A stretch of DNA of 64,000 nucleotides from the human T2T-CHM13v2.0 reference genome, Homo sapiens. The notes below the pieces were generated by a model. The model worked only from the letters and a program-made list of their open reading frames with translations. It was not told where the DNA came from and ran no database searches. Position numbers and translations under genes: made by a program. The stretch lies in the NCBI RefSeq assembly GCF_009914755.1, contig NC_060928.1. The stretch is one strand, 5' to 3'. Below, piece by piece: positions 13,880-27,615 of this stretch (within the stretch, counting starts at the first letter, position 1; the number at the start of each line of letters is the position of its first letter).

Positions 13880-14075
13880 GGGTAGCTCCTCTTTGCTGGG
13901 CAAGTCACCCCAATGAGAGTTTAGCTCTCAGCAGACAGGGCAGCTCTTCTCTGCAAGCAGGTCCTCACGACCAGTGTTCAGCTCTTAGCAGAGAGCGTAG
14001 CTCCTCTCTGCAAGCAGGCTGTCTCAACAAGTGTTCCGTTCTCAGCAGAGAGGGTAACTCCTCTCTACAACTGGC
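13880..14075. repeat. ~57-bp tandem repeat (about 3.5 units) inside the MER52 LTR
   Basis: GGGTAGCTCCTCT-type unit starts at ~13880, 13938, 13995 and 14052. Confidence 0.85.
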
Positions 14076-14849
14076 CATCCCCTCGTCTGCTCATCCCTGG
14101 TTGAGCCTAGGGCCTTCATGGCCTCAGAGGGGAGGAAGTGTGCACCGATATTTCCATGGGAGGCAATGGGTGGGCCCAGAAAAGGCTCCACAAGTTTCCA
14201 CTCTGGTCCCTGGGACTGGCAGTCCAGCCCCCAGCCTTCAGGCCAACATTGGCCTGAAGGTGGAGCCTCACTGGGGACCTGTTCGCTTCCGCCAAGGAGC
14301 CTGTCTGCCTTCTGCTGTTGTTCATAGTGCCCAGGCTGCTTGCACCAAGGGCCACCTGCAGGTCAGTGCTGAGCTGCCCTCAGCACTCCCTTGGCTTCCC
14401 CCTGTGCTAGTCAGCACCCAAAGTCCAGAGAGGAACGAGGCAGCATGGGGCTAGCGTGTCAGTGCTGTCCCAAGCGTTCTCACACCGACAGCGCCTGCGC
14501 TCGGCCCCAACCCCACTCTGAGATTGGAACTGGAGTTGGGAGCAGGGAGAGGCCAGGAGCGGAAGCAGACACCCCGAGCCTACGGGGGAAGGGGGAGCCT
14601 TTCTGGGTCCCTGAGGGTGCAGAATGCAGAGATGCCCGGGTCTTATTCCTGGGAAAGTGGGGCTCTCACCCACTTTGCAGAGCATGCAGGAAGCCCTAGC
14701 TATGCCTACTATCAGCCTGGGGCAGGGGGCTCCAGGTCCTTGCTGTGCCTGGGCCGGCTTCTGGGGCAGGAGAAATATCGCTGTGACCTCCCTCCGTGGC
14801 CCCAGTGCTCAGTGGCGGCCTGGGGCTCCCAGTCATCTAGCTGGCGGCT

Positions 14850-15580
14850 CTGCCCAAGGGCATCTCTGGGAGAGGATTGTGGGCCCCGGGCATGGCCGTC
14901 CGGAGTGTCAGGCTTGGCGGTCACACTGATGCGGGGCGGACTCTGCGGATGCAGGCCAGGAAGCCCCAGCCCAGAGTCTTCTCCTGAGGCCCAGGAACCC
15001 AGCGCCCTCGGTAAGCTGGGGGCGGAGGCAATGCAGCTGACCAGGTCGCTGGCTGGGCCTCTGAAGCGGCGCGCCACTCCTACTTTCCGCCCTGGGCCGC
15101 CAAAGCACCGCACCAGCTCCTTACTCCGCCACCCCGGGCCCGACCCCCAAGCTCCCCAAGCTCCGCGTACAAGCGCGGCACCGCCCCAAGCCCGGCTCCA
15201 CCTTGGGGGCCCACCTCTGCCTGACTGTGCCGCTCCCCTGCTGGCAGGCAGCTGGGCCGGCCCCCTCGCGTTGGCCCCCGGGATGACGGGCTCCAGTGGG
15301 GCTCCCGCTTGTCCTTGGCTCCTGCCAGCACCCGGGAGTGCAGCACTGCCCTGGGCCCAGCTCGGCTTCCACCCCTTACTCTCCCTGCAGCAGCGGCGGG
15401 CGAGAGTGGACCAGGGTCCAGTGCTACAGAGGCTCCTAACCTGGGAGCGGGTTCCACTTGGCCCAGCAAGGATGAGAGCGTTGCAGTCAGCCGCCTCAGG
15501 GACGCAGGGCACAGGGGACCCACTGCCGCCACTGCTGCTCCCGCAGCCTGGCGCCACTGCCCACACCTCCCCACTCAGGA
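14850..15580. promoter_or_regulatory. CpG-island-like GC-rich segment in the U3 end of the MER52 LTR
   Basis: Visibly high GC with many intact CpGs and GC boxes (GGGGCGGA at ~14933 and ~15019) against an AT-rich, CpG-poor background. Confidence 0.65.
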
Positions 15581-15710
15581 CGAGCATTGCTACAATCATT
15601 AGGAGGGCAGAACTTGGTGTCTTTGGTGACAGGCTTTAAGCCATATAAACCTTGCTTCCACCATAACGGGGCGACCATTTCAAGAGAATGCTTTAAGAAA
15701 ATCACTTTTA

Positions 15711-16022
<312 letters not shown>

Positions 16023-18169
16023 AAGAAAATCACTTTTAGAAAATAATGCATATATGCTGATTCTGACAGTGGCAAGAGAAGCGATGGTTGTACTCCATCG
16101 TTTACACTCGAACTTTTGCCACCCTTGGCTTCACCTCAAATGATTGATTCAACCTGCATAGTGACCAGTGAGAAGTCACGGATGGGTTCTAATCTGCATC
16201 TCTATGCAAATAGAAAATGTCTTTCGTTCATATTACCGTTTGGTTGAGGAGTACGAGTTGCTCATTATGTAGCACTTAGCTGAGAGTCTTTTGAATCACT
16301 TTCTGATTGTAGATCGTTCTAGAAAAGAAGAAATGAAGGTGTCCTTATTTTGTAGCATACCAGCCGCCTCTATCTTCCTTCTATAGAAGAAAGTGGATTG
16401 CAGATTTCCCTGTATTGTCGTAAGCAGCACTGTGAAACATTCTCAAAAGAGTGAGTAGAAAACTGTGATCATCACCGAAAGGACAGCCAATTTGCCTCTC
16501 TCCTCCTCTCTGGTCATCAGGATGCAAGAAATATGACCCTTCTGATTTTTTTCCTAGGACCCACCTTGGTTCATAAAAGTATTGCAGCTTTATGTAGAAC
16601 CCAAATGGCTTTTTAATAGGCTTCCCAGGATTTCCCTGGAACACAGAATAGAAGGTGTCATTGGGGAAAGCTGTGCTTTCACAGCAGTGAACGGTGAAAT
16701 CTGTGAATTCAGACAGCAGCTTATCCACAGTTAAGAAAAACATGATATTGTATTCATTATGTTTTTCTCTCTAGTGGCACATTCTTACACCTTAGGGACT
16801 GAAAAATGTCCCCTAGCTCAGTTTCTGTCAAAAATATCCTCTTGGTCTCTGGCAAAATTATCAAAATTTCTTGAAACAATTCTTTTTGAACAGAGCTAGC
16901 ATATTAGGCTCTAAGGACACTGTAAAAAATAGTTGCTATAGTTTTATAATATTCCATCGTATTTCAGCAAAATAATTTATATAAAGATGTCTTAATGTTG
17001 ATATTTAGTTGTAAATTGAACTACTGTAAACAATCCGAGCATTTTTGTGATATTTCGGAATTTTTTCTTGGCACATATATTCACATATGTAGAGTTATTG
17101 AGTCTAATATATAAAAATTTCAATGCATATTGATATTGTAAAATTTTCCCCAAATATAGTACCAGTTTAAATTCCTACTTATGCAGAAGAGTGCATGGTA
17201 CTCTTTGTCTTCAATAAATTTGCCTAGGCTCATTAAATATGTTTTATTTCACTAAGGAAGTAATTTTCTGCCCTTTATAGTAAACATTACATTTTTAACT
17301 AGAAAAAACTTACTAGATATTTGTTTATTACTTTTGGTTTCTTCTTGATGGTATATATACTAATGACCTTACAATATTGTATATTTATTTGTAGCATTAG
17401 CATGCTGACAGTAGTGCTGGCTTTACTGAGATGGACTAATCCACAATGGAACATGTACATGGAAAGTTCAGAGAGACCAGAAGCTGAGGTTTTTGAGGAA
17501 AAGAAAAGTTGAAGGGAAAGTTCTAGTACCTATACCAAGAAGTCATGAAAATGGGGAATTTGAAGTTCATACACTGAGGGAAAAAGTAGGCCAAGGGCCT
17601 GAAGGTCTCAATGATACTAAAACAGTTATTTTAAATGAAAGAGGAAACCAGAAGAAATAATAAGTCTATTTTCATTAAAGGCTGGATAATGAAGTTTACA
17701 TTTGTCGTTTGAGTACTTCTGGCTATGCTGAGGTTGATGGAGCTGTGATAAGAATGGAGTACCAAAGTGAGGTGAGAGGGGAATCACTGGGAATGAAGTG
17801 AAGAGTATGGGGCTACTGGACATAACATATAATTCACACATTCAGGCTAATGGCAATAGTTGTTGTGAAGTCTCTGTAACTGAAAACGAAGATAGATAGT
17901 AGAGAAATATTCAGATAGCCTAAACTTCAAAGCATTTTTTCTCACAATGAGTAAACAATTATTTTGAAGCCATAATGGATAGTCACAAAAATGCTAGAGG
18001 GTCCTTCAAGCAAGGTGGGATGTAGAGCATGAGATATTTTATAAGACTGCAAACCAAATATTATGTGCAAGGTAGTGTAATATGAATTTTTCCAATTCTT
18101 TCTTTGTCAAGTAGAATTGAATTAAACATTTTTTGTGTCTGTCAAAAAACTACATGGGTGATTTTGCAT

Positions 18170-18800
18170 TGAAAAACATTATGAGGCATACGATACCATC
18201 TGGTCCTTATTAGTGATGCTAAGTTTGATCATTTTATCTGGTGTCATCTGTTAGATCCCTCTATTGGAAAGGAAAAATTTTCCTTTGGTATCATATAAAT
18301 AATATGTAGGATGATGCTTAGAACCTGTATAAGTGGATTTTAAGAACCCTTGATAATTTTCTAAGTCTATTTTCTTCCTACATCTTAGCTAATATTCTGT
18401 TAACAAAGAGCTTTCCTCCTTCACAAATCTTTTTTTTTCCTGTTTTTGTAGTAGGTCAATGAACTCATGCATAATATGTTATAATTCAGTGTGTTATAAT
18501 TGGTTCTCTCACTATTTTTGTGGTGAATAATTATCTCTAATTTGGCCCATGGGGTCCGCTTTCTAGTTAGGTCCACTGTACTCTGACATGTCCCCATTTT
18601 TATTTTTTTAAGAATGTTTATGCTTTCAGGATCTCTTATTCATTTGGAGTCATTCTGTTAGATGTAGTGAGGTATGGATTCAACTTTTCCTTTTTTAAAA
18701 CAGTTGTTACAACATTGTTCACTAAAAATTAAATTTACTAATGAGGACACTTTACCAGAGTTTATCATTGATTTAGCATATCAGTTCTTCAAATGAAGTT
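18170..18800 (-). mobile_element. Old L1M (L1MC/ME-like) fragment
   Basis: tattagtgatgctaagtttgatcattt and gtagtgaggtatggattcaac...caacattgt resemble antisense old L1 3' sequence. Confidence 0.45.
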
Positions 18801-19845
18801 TTCTTTTTTCATAAGAGATTATATTTTTTGGGACTTAAGTTATAATTGGCCAACTTTATTCAATAAGCAGCCTTTATATGTAAAGAGAGTAAATATATAT
18901 TTTGAAGGCATTGTATCCAATAATCAATTCCCCTTTCTCTCTTTCTTAATCTGTCTTTTTCTCAATCTTATTTTACATTTTATCTTAATTTTACAACAAA
19001 TAGATACAAATAATAATGAGAAAAAATCAATTTTTTAGTCTTATTTATACCTATTTTGGTTCAAAAATTTTGAAAAACACCAAAATAAGTGTCACCCTGT
19101 TTAAAATGTTATCTCATTTGCTTTAATGTCATGCCCCATTGTTTTGCATTTGTCTTAAATAATCTTACATTTTAAAAATGTTCTTCTACTTTAATATTGT
19201 CAAAATGATGTATTTCATGCTCACTAATTCTACTAGCATGGCAGGCAAAGTGGTCATTTTTCAAAATTCTAATTATCATGTAGAAAACTGTAAGAAGAGT
19301 GCAATAGAAATGACTTTTTTTTGCTTTAGTTATTAAACTTTAAACTAGTAATGAATTTGTAGAGTTGTAGAGCAAATTAGCCAAAACTACTTTATTTGAT
19401 TCTAATTATAATTCTGTCTTTTGTAAACAAAGATGACGGTATTGACACAACATCTATAAATAAAGTATTCTGTATGGCTTCCCAGCATGGTGATGGATTT
19501 TCATGGATTCATTCAACTTGTTTTAACCAGACTCTTTGGTGATTAACACAGCTTAAAACCAGTTAGTTTTTTTAAGAGCAAAGTATTTGACTTGATTCAA
19601 TCTGTGTCTCAACCAGCTGAACAAAATATATATTTATACATAGCTGGCTGTAAAATTAATTGATTCTGGAAAATTAAAAAAATTAACTTATGAAAATTTG
19701 AAAGACTGTGAAATGTTCATTGTAACACAATTATAAATGATTCATGGTAGAACCTGAATTTTAAAATGTCCAACATAGTTAGTTGGAAAAATATTAAGAT
19801 TGTGTCAAATCTCTAGTTATAAAATGTTGATTTCAGGCCTGCAAT

Positions 19846-19921
19846 CTTACATTAAGTTATTAATGTAAGGACAATTACATTAATTGTAATTATTAATGTA
19901 AGGACAATTATTAATTGTCCT
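19846..19921. repeat. Cluster of nested inverted and direct repeats
   Basis: Inverted pairs CTTACATTAA/TTAATGTAAG, AATTACA/TGTAATT and AGGACAATTA/TAATTGTCCT; direct repeat TTATTAATGTAAGGACAATTA at 19857 and 19890. Confidence 0.9.
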
Positions 19922-20984
19922 ACTCACTAAAGTATAGGAAATAATGTAATTGCCCAACAGCTATAAATAAATAAAGAAATAAAATGTATTTTAAAGTTTT
20001 TAATCTGAAAATTTAGCAAAAATTATATAGTACCTTATATTTATCACTAGGAGCCTCATTTGGTTTCTGTACTGGTTCCGCATCCCATTACAGTTTTTGA
20101 ATTAATGTGGATAACTGATAATTCTAAACCAACAGTCCTAAAGATTAGATAAATTTTATCAACTACTTATTTCACTCTAAGGAATACTCCAACATGGTAA
20201 GAATTACAGTGCTTTTCATGTATAGACTACACTGTTTGAGCACCTTCCCCCAAATGCAAGCCTCAGATACCACATTGGAAATTTGCTGGGAAGGAGAATG
20301 AAGCTAAAGTCTCCATACTCAGGTAACCTGTTTATTTCTAATACAATGAAGAAAATTATGATGGCTGTGGGTGCTCAGATTTGGAACCTCCCAGGTTTTT
20401 AGCTTCCTTCTGGATTATTCTATTTTCTGTTGGCTCTATCATATCATGTTGCATTCAGCTCACCAGAAAACAGTAAGAATTCTTTACAACCAGAAAAACA
20501 AACACTGAACAGGTAAATCTGAGTTAACTGATTTGAAAATGTACTTAAAAATGCTTTTAAGTACCATGGATGTTTTCTATTCTTCTGAAGGAAGCACTCA
20601 GGAAGGATGCATATAAGTTATGAAAGGATGAAACAAACTCCAATTTAGTCAGCCATTTCATCAGTCTGAGGCCTTGGGACTTAGTGATGTGACTGACGTC
20701 ACAGCAAAGTCAAGCACAATTGGAATATTAACATTGTTTTCCCTGACAAGTACTGAAACTAAATACTGATAGCTGATCTCACTGGACAGCTGATTCCAAA
20801 ACAATATAGGCATCTCTTAAAAAGAACTCTACAATGTATTTTTATTTCTTTAATCATGCTTTCTTTTAAACCTTGATAACATAATGTACCTTTCTTAATC
20901 CATAATAAGTACTTGGATATCTATTGCAGAAAGTTTGTAATTCATACATACAGATAACTTCACTGTTAAATAATGCTAATGTGG

Positions 20985-21063
20985 TTCCTTCCTCCTTCCT
21001 TCCTTCCTTTCTTACTTTTTCCCTTCCCTTCCTACATTTCTTCCTTCTTTTCTTTCTCTTTTT
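20985..21063. repeat. (TTCC)n/CT-rich low-complexity tract
   Basis: Read directly. Confidence 0.85.
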
Positions 21064-22941
21064 AATATTTTCTGGTTCTGAGATGAAATGGCAGCAGTGT
21101 GTAATAAAGGATCTGGGATCCATCAAGCTGTAAGTACTAAGCAGAAGTAAATGCATTAACAATACATAATATTTACTGTAAGATTTATGATAAACCTAGG
21201 TGAAACTTGTTTTACTTTTTATAGAAAAACAAAAAGGAAAAGAACATTAAGCCTATGTCATCTTTAAGTCAGGCTATTTTCTAGGCAATTTAGACAAATT
21301 ATATAGTATAAAGCCCTCTCAGAAAAAAAAAAAAAAAACCACATGTTATTTAATACAAAGATTTAGTGCCCTGATCTAATGACTGAATATTTCAATTAAG
21401 ACCATATATCTCATAAAGGTTTGATAAGGGAAAATACCTCATTAGACAATTTTAATAACAACTCAAATCCATTCTTAATTCATTAAGTGCAAACATTACA
21501 AGACGATTTTAGCTCCTTAAGAGACTGCATATGTTTGAGAGAGCATTTCTCTTATCTAGACTCCATGCTGCCTCTTTGCTTCCTGTCTATAGTTGAGTCA
21601 TGGGCAGTCATAGTTTTTTAATTCTTCTTAGGCTTCTCAGTTTGAGAAAGACTTAGTTTTAATGGGTTTGGCCACAAAAGCATTTAAAAAAATTGTCTTA
21701 TCAAAATTGCTGTCAAACTTTTCTTTATTATAAGATGAGGGTTTCTCTGCTTTATGACAATTGATAAAGTAGCACTGTTGGAAAAAGGGAGATAATCCCC
21801 ACATTTATGCATCCTTTAAAGGCATGTCTTACATTAAGTGCTCTTCTCTTTTGGTGAATCCAAATGAAGGGAACAATGACACTGTCAGGTGAAAGAGTTT
21901 ACGCTGTTTGTTAATTCCGGGGAGGATAAGACAGTTTCTGAAGTTTTTCAGCAGCTTTCATACGCACAGAATTAACCGAAGTACACTAGTCTAGACTGCT
22001 ATTCAGGTTTACTGTGCTTTAGTCCCTCAAGTCCAAGTTTATTGAAAATAGAAACAACAATTCACAAGTATGCTGTCAGCTGCAAAACTGTGAATATTAT
22101 TGTGCTGTTGAGAAACGATAGAGATTTATAAAATCTACCATGATTGAATGGTTGCTCTTTTAAATTTTTTGGTTACTGTGAAATGAACACAGCATTTGAA
22201 CTAAAAAAAAAAACCCTGAAAATTGATGATTTTTTTGCTTTGTATTTCTACATTTTATCACTTCTTCCTGTTCTTTTGTGATTTTTACATATCTATTTTA
22301 AATAATTGTATCAATATTATATACCATGGCATATAAAAATATTTAATACTTTGTTGATTATACATAGTGAGAAATAGATATCACCATGGAGGAAAATACA
22401 AGACAAAAGTGAAATAATATTATAAAATTATAATCAACCTTCTAAAGAGAGTAACTTGCCTTTACTGAAATATTCAAGCAATTCTTGAGAGTATTTATTC
22501 TCATAGGTATATTAGATTTATTAATCAACATTTAAGTTTATTGGAAGAGTTGGAAAAGGAAATAAAGAATTGGGTATCAAGGCAGATAATAATCATTAAA
22601 TAAGTATAAAAACAAGAAATTAAATAATATAAAGGTAAATTAAGTTTTAAAGATAAACATCTATATAAATCTAGAGATACATGTGCTAACGAATGTTAAT
22701 AATACATACTTCTGGGTGGTGGAATTTCCAGTATGTTTTTTTCCTTTAATTATTTTAGCTTCTTTATATTTTCTAATTTTTATAAACATAAACTTCTGCA
22801 ATTATGATTTTAAGAACTCGATTTTAACTTTTCTCAAACATTGCAAACTCTAATAATTTTCTATATAGTAAGTGAATTCTGCTGTTTATCCATTGGTGTT
22901 TTATTCTTGTTTCTTGTGAACTCTTTAGGCATCATTTATAA

Positions 22942-23105
<164 letters not shown>

Positions 23106-24571
23106 TAAAGAGAATTTTAAATTGTTCAGCAGAGATACACAAAGACAGCACAATTTATATAAATTTTGGAGTAAACACATAATAAAACATATATCTTTGT
23201 AAACTAGTTAAAAAATAAAAGTGGCTAGAAACTACACAAAATATAGTAATATTTGTTGTTTATATTTTAGTCTGAGCTTTCTCATATACATTGTTTAAAA
23301 TGGAATATGATACCACTTACTTAGAAAAAGTAATATTTTTCTTGCATTGAATTATTAACTCCTTCGTCCCATAAAAATTTAAAATAAATATAAAGACTTA
23401 TGAGAAATACCTAAATGTTGTTTTTACAATACAAAAGTAAATATATTTTCATTTTCATATGATTTTATATCACACAATAAAGAACAGAACAATAAAACAC
23501 AACACTGCAATGACGGTTCTATGAGGACAAAACTAATGCAGTTAGAATGCATAGATTTTCAAAGGATGGACTAGTTCCAAAGATAGAATTTAGATACCTT
23601 TGAGGAGAGAATAAAATAAAAAAAATAAATTAAAATATTTTCTTTATGTTACTTCTTTGAAGTAGGCTTTTAATAGGAGCTAGAAAACAGGCACAGTCAG
23701 ATTGATTTCCTGTGCACAGTGCCAGAGTCCTAGTTTATTTGGCTGTTAAATAAGAAGCCATATTAGCAAGGATGACAAATTGACACATTTACTTGGAATT
23801 TTTCCCTTCATATAAGTCAAGATTGATGAAGGTGGAGTTTAGTTGCCTTCACCCCAAATCAATATATGATGCCCCACCCAATTCTGGGAGAATTGACTCC
23901 TGCACGTTAGAATCACCTGAAGAGATTAACAACAAAAACAGAAACAAAAAGAATAACAAAAGCCAATATTCACTTAAGTAAATCAGAATAATTAAGTCAA
24001 AACTCCTAATGATGGAAATTGGACAATACTATTTTTGACAGTATATGTAGGTAATATTGAAAACAAGCCATGTAATGGAAATAAGGATATGATTTTTATG
24101 CATTGCTATCTTTTTAATTAAGTTTTGGTTTCCCACCAAGTGACATAGTTAGTATGTGTCTTGGTTGACATAAGACATCAGAAGTAGAACTGATTTCATT
24201 TAAAATATCAACTATTGCTAATCATCTCTGGAATACTGTCTCCATTGACAATTCCAGGCTTTCTGACTATTGGATTTTCTGAGTCCCAGTACAGGAAAGA
24301 GATAACCAGATCTGAGCAGGATGGTCTCATGGAGTTAAGAAGACTGAATTTGGAGAGACAACGGTGAATGTAGACAAAAAAGTATTTAACAAAATGTTTA
24401 GAAATTCATCTGAATAATATATAGAAATGATAATATATTATGAGAAGAAGCTAGCTTTCCAAGGAAGGCAAGATTGGTTTAGCATTTGAAAATCAAAATA
24501 TATGTAATTCATCATATTACTAGAATAAAGGAGAAAAAGCATATCATGATCTCACTCATGGTAGCATGTGA

Positions 24572-24853
24572 GCCCAGGCACGATGGCTCATGCCTATAAT
24601 CCCAGCACTTTGGGAGTATGAGGCTAGCCTAGTGCTAGAGCCCAGAAATTAAAGACTAGTCTGGGCAAAATAGGGAGACCCTGTCTCTATAAAAAATACA
24701 AAAATTAGCCAGGTGTGGTGGCATATGCCAGTAGTCACAGCTACTTAAGAGACTGAGGTGGGAGGATCACTTGAGCCCAGGAGGCAGAGGTTGCAGTGAG
24801 CCAAGATTGTGCCACTGCTCTCCAGCCTGGGCAACAGAGTGAGACTCTGTCTC

Positions 24854-24879
<26 letters not shown>
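24572..24879 (+). mobile_element. AluJ
   Basis: Diverged dimer with J-type GAGCCCAG in both arms and GGAGGATCACTTGAGCCC; poly(A) tail. Confidence 0.9.
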
Positions 24880-24884
<5 letters not shown>

Positions 24885-25572
24885 CCGTTCATAATATGAT
24901 GTCTATCATAAAACTAGGATTCAAAGGAAAAATTTCTGTTATCATAATAGGTATCCTTGAAAAACCTACTTGTTACTTTGTAGTTAATAATGAATGAATG
25001 ACTATTTTCCCTCCAAGATTAAGAAGGCAAGGATACTTACTTGCACCGTTACAGTTTAACATTTTTCTGAAGGTCCTAGCCAAGGGAACAAGGAGTTCAA
25101 AGTATGCTCATTACAAAGAACTAGGTAAAAATGTATTCTTTCAGAGAAAGCAAGACTTTATAGTTGGTGGAATATAAAAAGAAACCTAAAAGATCTACTA
25201 GAATAATTGTTTGCATTTTCATACATTAACAAACAAAAAAAATCAGAAAATGAAATTAAAATGTCATTTAAAATAGCATTAAATGACAAAATAGTTTAGG
25301 ATACATTTAACACAATGTACGAAAACCAGTATACTCATAAATACAAAACATTTATTACAATAATTTTAGACAACCTAACATTTAGAGACATATATCAGTT
25401 ACGTAGATTGAAATAAATATTGTCAAATTCTTATTTGTCCCCAAATGGATATACATATGCAGCATAATTCCAATCAAAATTCCAAAATTCTCCTTTAATT
25501 GTTTTGTTTTAATTGAAGTTGATAAACTGATTCTAAAATTAGTGTGGAGCTACAAAGACATAAAAAAACTAC

Positions 25573-27017
25573 TGTCAATGAGTTTCCTGGGGTGATGCTT
25601 TTCCAGTTGTAAACTTCTGTGTCCAGTAGCTCCTTTGCCTGAATTTTGCTTGGGCCTGCTGGGCTCATTCTGCCCATACGACCTGGCAGGCTGTGCTTGG
25701 CTTGTGCTACTGGCATGGATACCACGCCTGCCAAGAGCATGACGGGCAGCAAGAGGTGTGTGAGAGTGAGGAAGCATGGCGTCCGGCCACTGTGCACAAT
25801 AAGGCAGGCTGGCTGCGGCAGGATGTGCAGCTCCAGGCACCAGGATGGAAGCTGGCTCCCTGCGAGGCTGCGACTGGACCAGGCGTACTGCAAGCAGCTT
25901 CCACAACTGGCACCAGGAAATGTGGTGATGCCCAGAAGCTTGGAGATGCCAGGGACTACAGATCCCCAAAGTGGGTGCCACAGCATTGGTTGTTCCCAGA
26001 GCTCCTACGTCTGGGCTCCGTGAAGGGCCACAGCTCTTCTCTCCCTCTTTCTTCTCTCCTTGTCACCCACAACGTGGTGAGCAAGGGGAGTGTTTCAGCC
26101 TCGTTTGTGCCACAGCTCTTTTAGCCCTGCCATTTGGCAGGTCCCAAGTTTTTGTCCTGCATCTTGGAAGAATAATGTATGTGGACAAGTGGAGGGTGAA
26201 CAAGGTAAAAAGGAGCTTTATTGAGCAACAGAACAGCTCAGAGAAGACCGGCATTGGGTAGCTCCTCTCCGCAGGCAGGACGTTCTGATCAGTGTTCAGC
26301 TCTCAGCAGAGAGGAGACCCTGGAGTGGGTAGATCCTCTCTTCAGGCAGGTTGTCCCATTGTCTCTGTGAGTCTGGCTGTGTCCGGGGCTTTCATGGGCC
26401 TCATATGGAAGGAAGTGCCTGTTGATTGGTCCATGGGCAACCATGAGCAAGCCCAAAAAAAGCACCACAAATTCCCACTATGATCCACAGGACTGGCACC
26501 CTGGCCCCAGGCTTCAGGCACTCCCCAGCTTGAAAGCGGGGCTTCACTGGGGACCCGGTCTTTTCTGCCCTGGAGACTGTCTGCCTCCTGCCACTGTTCA
26601 TGGCATCCAGGCTGTTTATGCTGAGGGGCACCTGCAGGCCAGTGCCAAGCTGCCCTCAGCCCCCACGTCTGCATCCCTCCCATGATCTTCAGCACCCAAA
26701 GTCCAGAGTTAGCTCTGCATCAAGCGTGTGCACACCCAGCTAGGTTATGACAGCACCAAGGCGTGACCTTAAATTTTCTCAGTGACTGGAGCGGGAGCTG
26801 GGAGTGGGGAGAGGCCAGGCAGTAGGAGCAGGCACTTTGGAGCCTGTGTGGGCAGGGAGGGCTTTCCTGGGCCCCTGAGAGTGCAGAGATGCCTGGGTCA
26901 ACAGCCCCAGCTTGGGCGTCTGCAGCTGCACCCTGGAGGGTGGGGCTCCTGCCTGCCTTCCCCACTGCAGCCAGCATCATGGCAGCAGCCACTCCAGATA
27001 GGCTGCTGCTGCCATCA
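25573..27017 (-). mobile_element. ERV1 solo LTR, MER52A-like, 1445 bp
   Basis: Minus-strand start TGATGGCAGCAGCAGCCTATCTGGAGTGGCTGCTGCCATGA; TG...CA termini; near-TSD CTAC/GTAC; inserted into L1M. Confidence 0.85.
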
Positions 27018-27315
27018 GTACAATAAAATTGAAATAAAACAAAGTTGGAGGATTTACAGTAACACATTTCAAGACCTGCTATAAAGGTATCAAGTAGTAT
27101 GGTTTCACTTATAGACCAAATTAAATATTGCAGAGAGTCTAGAAATACACTATTCATCTCCACTAAAATTTGTCTGTGATCGTCACTCAATTCAGTAAAA
27201 ATTAATTCTTCCCCGAATCACATTAATTGATTTATGGCAAGGCCACTATGGACAAAGGATCGTCTTTTCACTGAATAGTAGAGGAATGACTGACTATCTA
27301 AAGAAATGTACTTCA

Positions 27316-27615
27316 GGCCGGGCACAGTGGCTAAAGCCTGTAATCCCAGCACTTTGGAGGCCGAGGCGGGAGGATCACGAGGTCAGGAGATCGAGACCAT
27401 CCTGGCTAACATGGTGAAACGCCGTCTCTACTAAAAATAAAAATAAAAAAATTAGCCGGGCGTGGTGGCGGGCGCCTGTAGTCCCAGCTACTCGGAGAGG
27501 TTGAGGCAGGAGAATGGCGTGAACCCGGGAGGCAGAGCTAGCAGTGAGCCGAGATTGTGCCACTGCACTCCAGCCGGGGCGACAGAGCAAGACTCCAACT
27601 CAAAAAAAAAAAAAA
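27316..27615 (+). mobile_element. AluY with CTCGGAGAGG variant
   Basis: Y diagnostics GATCGAGACCATCCTGGCTAAC and GAATGGCGTGAACCC; TSD AAAGAAATGTACTTCA at 27300-27315 and 27616-27631. Confidence 0.95.

Larger units (their letters stand above)
13189..15598 (-). mobile_element. ERV1 solo LTR, long MER52-type (MER52D-like), 2410 bp
   Basis: TG...CA termini, exact 4-bp TSD TTAG at 13185-13188 and 15599-15602, minus-strand AATAAA at 13841-13846, and clear similarity to the second MER52 at 25573. Confidence 0.85.

Noticed and set aside
14524-15639. 371-aa (+) ORF and overlapping 295-aa (-) ORF
   Set aside because: They lie almost wholly inside a GC-rich LTR, are Pro/Ala/Gly-rich with no domain, and are open on both strands, as expected from stop-codon scarcity.
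21083-21129. Possible small exon after the CT tract, ending at GTAAGT
   Set aside because: Weak GAG acceptor, the pyrimidine tract is a microsatellite, and there is no partner exon or transcript evidence.
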